Positions 55,451 through 64,000 of a DNA stretch of 64,000 bases are shown piece by piece; position 1 is the first letter of the stretch, and each line of letters begins with the position of its first letter. Position numbers and translations under genes: made by a program. The stretch comes from Octopus vulgaris (taxonomy: Eukaryota), in the NCBI GenBank assembly GCA_951406725.2, contig OX597833.1, forward strand, positions 43,338,001 to 43,402,000, written 5' to 3'. The notes under the pieces were generated by a model. It ran no database searches. It had not been told where the DNA came from and saw only the letters and a program-made list of their open reading frames with translations.

Positions 55451-56021
55451 AGTGGTGTGGTCTGTGGCCCTCATCTGTATGACATTTACCATGATTATCT
55501 CAATGGCAGATATATTTACTGAATTTTACCAATACCCGCTTCTCACCCGAATCAATGTCGGATTTGCCGAAAAGCTGCCTTTCCCTGCTGTCACATTGTG
55601 CAATTTAAACCCGGTTGATCGTACGAAGGTAGAATTCAAAAAACTGGAGCCGTACTTTCTAGCTTTCACTCAGATTGATGACAATGTGAGCAAATCTCTC
55701 ATTAATTGGGATGACCCTGCACTACTACCTTTCAAACTACCCATGAATAAAAGCTACGTGCGTCAAATCAGCCCCAATTTAAATTCGATGTTATATTCAT
55801 GTCTGTGGGAAGGAAAATATTTGAAGTCGAAATGTTCGAAGAATTTCACTGAAAATTTTACAGAATTGGGTATCTGTTATACGTTTAACAGCGCCAGCTA
55901 CAGTGAACTCTACGGACCGCTGTACACGTCACACACAGGTAGCAGTACTGGGTTAGTACTCTATTTTTACATCAACGAAAGCACTTACATTTACAATGAA
56001 GACATGGCATCTGGTGTTAAG
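55451..56021 (+). CDS. DEG/ENaC (ASIC-like) channel, coding exon 2 (TM1 and start of ectodomain)
   Basis: Acceptor TTACTTTCAG|A; VVWSVALICMTFTMII…FYQYP…LPFPAVTLCNLNP…MLYSCLWEG…ELGICYTFN…GSSTGLVL…GVK; donor AAG|GTAAGT. Confidence 0.95.
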
Positions 56022-56114
56022 GTAAGTAATTATAATACTAAATAAATAAATGGAAGAAATTTAAAAGAAATAAACAACGTATTCAGTAAATTACAGAGAA
56101 ACTATACTTGACAG

Positions 56115-56213
56115 ATCTTACTACATCATCCACAAGAAGTACCCGATGCAAAGAGGGAAGGAATTTTCATGTCGCCTGGTTTTGCAACAAGAGTCAACCT
56201 GAAATTTCTTAGT
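56115..56213 (+). CDS. DEG/ENaC (ASIC-like) channel, coding exon 3
   Basis: After a 93-bp intron (acceptor TTGACAG|), reads ILLHHPQEVPDAKREGIFMSPGFATRVNLKFLS in phase 0; donor GTGAGT at 56214. Confidence 0.93.
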
Positions 56214-56518
56214 GTGAGTATACTATATATGGTGGTGGTTGTGGTGGTGGTGGTGGTGGTGGTGGTGGTGGTCGTCGTCGTCGTCGTGGCGGAGGCGGCA
56301 GTGGGGGCGGAGGCGGCAGTGGGGGCGGAGGCGGCAGTGGGGGCGGAGGCGGCAGTGGGGGCGGAGGCGGCAGTGGGGGCGGGAGCGGTGGCGGTGGCGG
56401 TGGGAGTACTGGTTATGGTGGTGGCGTGGTGGTAATTGTAGCAGTGGTAGTTGTGATGGTGGTGGTTGTGACGGTAGTGTTAGTGGCAGTGGTGATATTA
56501 ACAACTTTTTTCCCTAGT

Positions 56519-56881
56519 TATTTCTTTACTTCCCACAAGGGGCTAAACATAGTGCGTCAATGGTTCTTATTTAATCGACCCCAAAAGGATGAAAGGCAAA
56601 GTCGACCTCGGCGGAATTTGAGCTCAGAACGTAACGGCAGACGAAATACCTATTTCTTTATTACCCACAAGGGGCTAAACACAGAGGGGACAAACAAGGA
56701 CAGACATAGGTATTAAGTTGATTACATCGACTCCAGTGCGTAACTGGTACTTAATTTATCGACCCCGAAAGGGTGAAAGGCAAAGTCGACCTCGGCGGAA
56801 TTTGAACTCAGAACGTAACGGCAGACGAAATACCGCTATGCATTTCGCCCGGTGTGCTAACGTTCCTGCCAGCTCGCCGCC
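56519..56881 (-). mobile_element. SINE family B dimer
   Basis: Two bodies and one head; TTTTTCCTAGT-like duplication at both ends. Confidence 0.85.
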
Positions 56882-57147
56882 TTTTTTTTCCTAGTGGCAA
56901 TAACGTGAGTGGCTGTAGTGATGGTGTGATTGGCTCTAGGGGTGGTATGAATGATCGTGGCTGTGACGTGAGCGGTTTTAGTGGTGTGAGTAGTTGTAAC
57001 AGAAAAAAACTTTAAAAATCACAATAACATCGGATATTTCTCATCAAGGGTGTTACTGAATATCCTGAGGTCTTCGTATCGTGTTCATATCAGAAACAGA
57101 GAAGCCTTCATTTCTAATACGAAGTATCATCAAGACCTGATGATAGA

Positions 57148-57261
57148 ATGAAGAATGTGCAATACATAACAAAATGCGAAGCACATATAACACTTAAAGA
57201 CCACAAGGAAAATTTCGTTACAAACGCGAAGTTAATGAGACTAGTTGGCCAGGCCATGTAA
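57148..57261 (+). mobile_element. Penelope-like RT N-terminal remnant
   Basis: YITKCEAHITLKDHKENFVTNAKLMRLV matches the PLE RT motif A.ITLKDHK.NF..NPK.RLI. Confidence 0.62.
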
Positions 57262-58693
57262 CAGTCAGGTTATCGCGATGCAGGAACAACATAGCCTAAA
57301 GATCAATACCAACAGGAATTAAGAAAAGGAACTGAAAACCACAGGCCACATGCTGTCGAACCGTCGTGGGAGATATGAAGGCTGTTGACAAACATAACCT
57401 ATTAAAAATACTGAAGGCGAACTGTGTTAACTGACATTCTGTCGCTTACGGCGTCATGGGTTGCAGTTGATCTGATCAATGGAACAGTCTGCTCATGAAA
57501 TTAACTTGTAAGTGGCTGAGTACTCCACAGATACGCATATTCTTAACGTAGTTCTCAAGGAGATTCGGCGCGACACAGAATGTGACAAGGCTGACCCTTT
57601 GAAATACTGGTACAGCTCATTTTTGTCAGCTGAGAGGACTGGAGCAACATGAAATAAAGTGTCTTGCTCAAGTACACAACGCGTCCCCGGGAATCGAACT
57701 CGCGACCTTATGATCGTGAGTTAAATACCCTAACCACTGAGCCACGCGCTTTCACTGAGAAAACTACTACAGATGTGAAAACGTGCGTAAGGTGGATTGA
57801 CAAACTGATAACTTTTTGTTGATAGCTAAAATCTCTCTAAACCAGTTCGTTGATGAGGAGGGTTGATTCTTGTAGTCCCGAAGTAGCGTGAAATATTTTC
57901 AAGACAAAGGATGTTTATGATGAGTTCTCATTTGTTTGCTTAAGATGAGTTTTGAGCATTTTGTTAAAAGTATTTGTTTCCACTGTACAGATTATGTGAT
58001 ACACTATGATATCACATGGATGTTTGGGCTCTCATAAACCACTATCTTCCATATTTTCTGAGACAGAGCCTGTTGATATCCTTATTTCTGTGGAAACTAC
58101 CAGATGGTGTTAGGGTCATTGCTGAATTTATTATGAATGGTGTATAGAGAAAATCTCTATAGTCGAGACGAATACCCTAAATAGTACTTCAAAGTTATTG
58201 TGGGATATTCACTTGTTATACGAAAGCATCAACTGCTCTGTCTTTAAAAAAATATACACTAACACCCTTTGGTCACTCTTTGTTCACACTATCCCTGCAT
58301 ATGTATGTATGGCTGCATGTATATATGTATGTACGTATGTACGAACGAACGGATAAATTGTAGGATGGATAGTTATTTGCTTAGATGAAAGTAAACATCA
58401 CGTTACAGTTATTATTTTAATGCAAGTCACAGAATAACGTAACATTTACTAATAATAGACTCAATAATGAAGTGCAGATTGAAAAATTCTTTTTGACAGG
58501 GATTTTAAGTTTCGCCTAACGGCTTATTCAACCAGTCGATTGAGCTGATTGGATTTTTGTATGCATGTATGTATATGTGTACGTTTTTCATTGTGATGGT
58601 CACTAAGATTGGTCGCTAAGAATGGAACAAGCCTTTTTTTGTATGAATCAAAACAGTTCCAGATATCTGTGAATATATGAATGAATTAGTGAG

Positions 58694-58797
58694 TGCCTTC
58701 AAATCAAACCCGATACCTGGGAAATGCAAGCACAGGACCGCCCTGCCTGGTATAGCTGCACCAACAGAGGTGCAACCTCTTGCAAACAGAATAGGAT
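58694..58797 (+). mobile_element. RTE LINE 3' fragment
   Basis: PDTWEMQAQDRPAWYSCTNRGATSCKQNR. Confidence 0.6.
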
Positions 58798-59251
58798 ACA
58801 CACACACACACACACACACACACATTCTTTGTTTTGTCCTGTATTGTCCATAATGTTTTCCTTAATGTAAACCCTTGTGGTTAATAAAGAAATTATTATT
58901 ATTTTGTGAGGTATACTACCCACCTCAATATGGCTAACCACTAAGGGTGGGTGTTACTGTAGCTTGTAGCCCCTGGAGAGCATCGTCTCCAGCTGGCTTT
59001 AGGCACACTTTCTGTGCCCTTATGGTATTTGCAAAGGGAGGCCATCCCTCTCTCGTAAACCTAAGTGATACGCACGGACTGCAGTTTCTAGGTAGCTTGT
59101 ACCCCACATTGTCGTGCAATTACTGTTTACATCTCGTTCAGAGACTTATTATTGCTTACTATTATTTCAATAAATAGGAATACGAATGTTTATTTCCATG
59201 GATAGCTGTATCTTAACGTGTGAGTGTATGCATGTGTACGCGTGTGTGTGT

Positions 59252-59294
<43 letters not shown>

Positions 59295-59643
59295 TGTGTG
59301 TGAAAGAGAGATAGAGAGAGAGATAGAGAGAGAACGTACTTATGTCTAAAATTGATAGTTTACTTGTGTGTCACCTAGCAGCTGAACGCGACCAGCCCCT
59401 TGACGAGGCTCGAGTAAGCTGTCACTTGTTGATATAATAAACACATCTTAAGAGCTTACTCCAGGTATACAGTTCTACATCAGAGAATTCACCTTATATA
59501 AAATATATTTGTATTTTACAATTTATACATTATGAATTATAAGAGCGTATATGTGTGCATAATACGTAGTGGTGTATGCGTTGTGTATACATACACCTAC
59601 ACACACATCATTTGTATATATATATATATATAACAATGATAAA

Positions 59644-59688
<45 letters not shown>

Positions 59689-59928
59689 CATACATATGTA
59701 TGTATGTATGTATGTATCTCTTTTACTCTTTTACTTGTTTCAGTCATTTGACTGTAGCCATGCTGGAGCACTGCCTTTAGTCGAGCAAATCGACCACAGG
59801 ACTTATTCTTATTCTATCGGCCTCATTTGCCGAACCGCTAAGTCACAGTGACGTAAACACACCAGTATCGGTTGTCAAGCGATGTTGAGGGGACAAACAC
59901 AGACACACAAACATACACACACACATAC

Positions 59929-59962
<34 letters not shown>

Positions 59963-60140
59963 ATAATAAATATTAGGGAATAAATCCAAATTTACAGGGA
60001 AAAAATCAGATTTAGGATTAAATCCAATTTTATAGTAAAATATTATATAATATTATTAGAGACAAAACCACTATTTTGCAAAACAAACAAGGAAAGACTT
60101 AATCAATACATAAAATTTTAATAAAAAGTCAAAAAAACCG

Positions 60141-60183
60141 CCACTACAATTGTTTCTTGTCCTGATCGACAATCTTCAGGTGG
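60141..60183 (-). ncRNA. Canonical minimal type I hammerhead ribozyme (inverted copy)
   Basis: Exact reverse complement of 63102-63144. Confidence 0.88.
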
Positions 60184-60272
60184 ACTTCCAATCTAAAATA
60201 TCAATATTTTAAAATATAAAAATAATAATTTTAAAATAATTAAAGTATTAATGAAAAAATATAAATATATAT

Positions 60273-60492
60273 ATTTCTTTATTGCCCACAAGGGGCTAAA
60301 CATAGAGGGGACAAACAAGGACAGACGAAGGGATTAATTCGATTATATCGCCCCCAGTGCGAAACTGGTACTTTATTTATCGACCCCGAAAGGATGAAAG
60401 GCAAAGTTGACCTCGGCGGAATTTGAACTCAGAACGTAACGACAGACGAAATACCGCTAAGCATTTCGCCCGGCGCGCTAACGTGTCTGCCA
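60273..60492 (-). mobile_element. SINE family B inserted in the left inverted arm only
   Basis: Absent from the corresponding position (~63000-63025) of the right arm. Confidence 0.88.
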
Positions 60493-63101
60493 TATATATA
60501 ACCTATATATAATCCATATATAATCAATATATAAACAATATATAAACTAAAATAAACCTATCAACAATTAAATATAAAACAAAACAAAAAATAAACTATA
60601 TATACACCCATACACATATAACTAATTATATATGACCATATCTAAATACATACACTAAATCACACACCTATATATATATCCCTATACATACACATAAAAA
60701 CGTCTAGGCAACGATAAATAAATAAAATAGCCAAATACTTCAACACAATACTTATTCATACTCCCTCACACACACATACAACCCACATTCCCGCTCTAGA
60801 AACGAACATCATTTTTTTTATATATCGTATTATGTGTAATAATGTTGTTTTTCTTTGGAGTGTTTATGTATGTGGGAATGTGTGTAAGTATGTGTGTATT
60901 TTAGTTGTATAATTTATTTATCTGTATGAGTGTGGGTGTGTAAATATTGTTGTATATATCGAGTTTAGTGAGTATGTATATGCGTATATGTGAGGGAGTA
61001 TATGTATATGTTGTGTGTGTGTGTGTTTTACGTATGTATATTTGTGTGTGAATGTGTATATGGGTTTGTTATATAGGTTTGGGGATGTATGTGTTAATTT
61101 ATCTGTGTGGGGTGGGAGTGGGTTTTTGGTGTATATTGAGGTTTATACGTTAGTATAGGTATGTGTGAGTGAGGTGGGTATTTGTATAAGTCGTGGGTCT
61201 GTGGTTTACGTGTGTGTATTTGTGTGTGAATGTTTAGGTTAGGGGGATTGCTATATAGGTTTGTTATAGAGTTTAGCAAAGGGAGATTTTATCATTATAT
61301 GTTTTTATGAGTTTTAATTTATCATGGTAGTTTTATTAAAGAATTCGTAGTAATTTGTCTATTTACGATGTTTGTTATTTTATTACATTATTTCATTCAT
61401 AATTTTTAAGTAATGTTCGTTTTACCACGTGAATATAATTTTTAATTCCATTTATTCCATTTCTCCATTCATAATTTTAAAAGATGTTCGTTTCCAGAGC
61501 GGGAATACTTTTTATACATATGTTAGGTTCCTTGGTAACGTAATTTTGTTTGGTGTATATGTTGAGGCTTATATGTACTTATAGGTATGTGTGAATGAGG
61601 TGGGTATTTGTATTTGTTATGGGTGTGTGGTTTACGTGTGTGTATTTGTGTGTGAATGTATAGGTTAAAGGGATTGCTATATAGGTATGTTATAGGGTTT
61701 AGTAAAGGGAGGTTTTATCATTTATGTTTTTATGAGTTTTAATTTATCATGGTAGTTTTATTAAAGAATCCATTCATAATTTTTTAAAATAATGTTAGTT
61801 TACCGCGTGAATATAATTTTTAATTCCATTTATTCTATTTCTCCATTCATAATTTTAAATGAAGTTTGTTTCCATAGCGCGTATTCTTTTTATACATATG
61901 TTAGGTTCCTATGGTAACGTAATTTTGGTTTGATGTTTTTAACGGCTTAGAATTTAATTTCACTTCATAATTTGAAACTGACTTGAAAGTATGTATATTA
62001 TTTCTCCTTAGGTCATATTGTTATTTTTGATATTCTGGTTACTTACGATGTATTTTATATATCGTATTATGTGTAATAATGTTGTTTTTCTTGGAGTGTT
62101 TATGTATGTGGGATTGTGTGTGAGTGTGTGCGTATTTTAGTTGTATAATTTATTTATCTGTATGAGTGTGGGTGTGTTAATATTGTTGTATATATCGAGT
62201 TTAGTGAGTATGTATATGTATATGGTGTGTGTTTTACGTATGTATATTTGTGTGTGAATGTGTTTATGGGTTTGCTATATAGGTTTGGGGATGTATGTGT
62301 TTATTTATCTGTGTGGGGTTGAGTGGGTTTTTGGAGTATATATTGAGGTTTATATGTATGTATAGGTATGTGTGAGTGAGGTGGGTATTTGTATATGTCG
62401 TGGGTCTGTGGTTTACGTGTGTGTATTTGTGTGTGAATGTTTAGGTTTAGGGGGATTGCTATATAGGTATGTTATAGAGTTTAGTAAAGGGAGATTTTAT
62501 CATTATATGTTTTTATGAGTTTTAGTTTATCATGGTAGTTTTATTAAAGAATTCGTAGTAATTTATGTCTATTTACGATGTCTGTTATTTTATTACATTA
62601 TTTCATTCATAATTTTTAAGTAATGTTCGTTTTACCAAGTGAATATAATTTTTAATTCCATTTATTCCATTTCTCCATTCATAATTTTAAATGATGTTCG
62701 TTTCTAGAGCGGGAATGTGGGTTGTATGTGTGTGTGAGGGAGTATGAATAAGTATTGTGTTGAAGTATTTGGCTATTTTATTTATTTATCGTTGCCTAGA
62801 CGTTTTTATGTGTATGTATAGGGATATATATATAGGTGTGTGATTTAGTGTATGTATTTAGATATGGTTATATATAATTAGTTATATGTGTATGGGTGTA
62901 TATATAGTTTATTTTTTGTTTTGTTTTATATTTAATTGTTGATAGGTTTATTTTAGTTTATATATTGTTTATATATTGATTATATATGGATTATATATAG
63001 GTTATATATAGATTATATATTTATATTTTTTCATTAATACTTTAATTATTTTAAAATTATTATTTTTATATTTTAAAATATTGATATTTTAGATTGGAAG
63101 T

Positions 63102-63144
63102 CCACCTGAAGATTGTCGATCAGGACAAGAAACAATTGTAGTGG
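63102..63144 (+). ncRNA. Canonical minimal type I hammerhead ribozyme
   Basis: CCAC-CUGAAGA-UUGUC(GAUCAG)GACAA-GAAA-CAAUUG-UA-GUGG: all core nucleotides intact, palindromic stem III ACAAUUGU, GUA triplet (cleavage after 63140). Confidence 0.9.
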
Positions 63145-63263
63145 CGGTTTTTTTGACTTTTTATTAAAATTTTATGTATTGATTAAGTCTTTCCTTGTTT
63201 GTTTTGCAAAATAGTGGTTTTGTCTCTAATAATATTATATATATATATATATATATACACATA

Positions 63264-64000
63264 CACTACCGTCAGAAATTAATTAGCACCCTTGATTTGC
63301 TCTTCACTCAAGGTATTTGCTGTCACCTAGTGGCCATACCTCGAACTATTGCTTTGTTGCGAGTTCACTGTTGCGCAGAACGATGACGTAACTTTGTTTG
63401 CAGAGCGATTTGAGAGTCTACAGCCTAATGATGTTGACATAGCAGTGCAACAACAACTTGGAGTGCGGATGCAGACAAATCTTCCTTTGTTTAATAGATA
63501 TAGGTAGCGCCTCGCAAGGACCGAAATCACACCATACTAAGTTTTCTCATCGCGTAAGACGTTTTGAACAGCTCGTAGGTTAATTGATTTGTGTATTTGC
63601 AAGACTTTTTTTCCTCACAAATTCTCCTACACTCTGCTTTGTGACGTCACTTCCGGTCCACAAAACTTTCTGTTATACATCAAATAAGGTGAGAAATTCT
63701 GCTTTCTTTCTTTTTTTGTTTAATGAATAATAACTCATAGTAGTTTTGTTATAGCATAACATTATTCAAATGAATAGTTTTAATGAAAATAACTGGTTTT
63801 TATCGTTCATTCCTAGATGGGCCCAAGACCTCGCATGACCTTGGAGAGACGGTACGAGGCTCTCTCGTGGCGTGACAAGCTGTCGGAGGTTGCAATAGCC
63901 AGAAAACTTGGTGTAGCCAGGCGCACAATTCAGTGCTTATTTAAGAAATACGAGGAAACCGGATCAGCAGCTGACAAAAACGGTAGGGGACGGAAGAGGC
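63264..64000 (+). mobile_element. Tc1-like transposon 5' end; transposase ORF open from 63817 to the window edge
   Basis: TA|CACTACCGTCAGAAATTAATTAGCACCC TIR-like start; MGPRPRMTLERRYEALSWRDKLSEVAIARKLGVARRTIQCLFKKYEETGSAADKNGRGRKR is a paired-like HTH with a GRPR-like motif. Confidence 0.85.

Larger units (their letters stand above)
59960..63240. mobile_element. ~3.3-kb non-coding Penelope-like / retrozyme insertion: ~550-bp inverted arms, each with a hammerhead, enclosing nested tandem repeats; flanked by (TA)n
   Basis: ~60045-60815 (minus a SINE insert) is the reverse complement of ~62689-63240. The interior repeats TTTTATATATCGTATTATGTGTAATAATGTTG at ~60815 and ~62053, with ~400-bp sub-repeats. 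Confidence 0.87.

Noticed and set aside
59390-59430. CUUGACGA-GGCU…AGCU motif resembling a hammerhead half
   Set aside because: No GAAA box or stem III/NUH follows.
56900-59900. Search for further DEG/ENaC exons (Cys-rich thumb, TM2/GAS)
   Set aside because: No segment with the expected cysteine pattern and splice sites was found by eye; only TE remnants are present.

Overview
AT-rich eukaryotic genomic DNA saturated with microsatellites. The SINE repertoire and composition strongly suggest an octopus (coleoid cephalopod). The only host protein-coding gene supported is the 5' part of a DEG/ENaC (ASIC-like) channel on the + strand, with coding exons at 49777-49931, 55451-56021 and 56115-56213; the rest is probably beyond the window. 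Nearly all ORF-track calls are microsatellite artefacts. The remainder is a patchwork of mobile elements: three tRNA-type SINE families (one inserting as head-to-tail multimers), many R4/Dong-like RLE LINE fragments tied to (TAA)n, RTE, CR1-like and Penelope RT remnants, two Helitrons, a DD37D mariner, a Tc1 5' end, MITEs and a 5S rRNA pseudogene. The most notable signal is a set of non-coding elements embedded in microsatellites, mostly (TA)n. Most are tandem, circularly permuted or inverted repeats, and they carry minimal type I hammerhead ribozymes. Eight well-formed hammerheads from five unrelated families are readable by eye (17124, 24095, 28059, 28647, 29628, 39910, 60141, 63102), plus decayed ones. 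This looks like a diverse retrozyme / non-autonomous Penelope-like system. One canonical copy lies sense to the channel gene, downstream of exon 3, with its own antisense copy 3 kb upstream. A further family of the same architecture carries a covarying, possibly pseudoknotted RNA motif that is not a canonical hammerhead.
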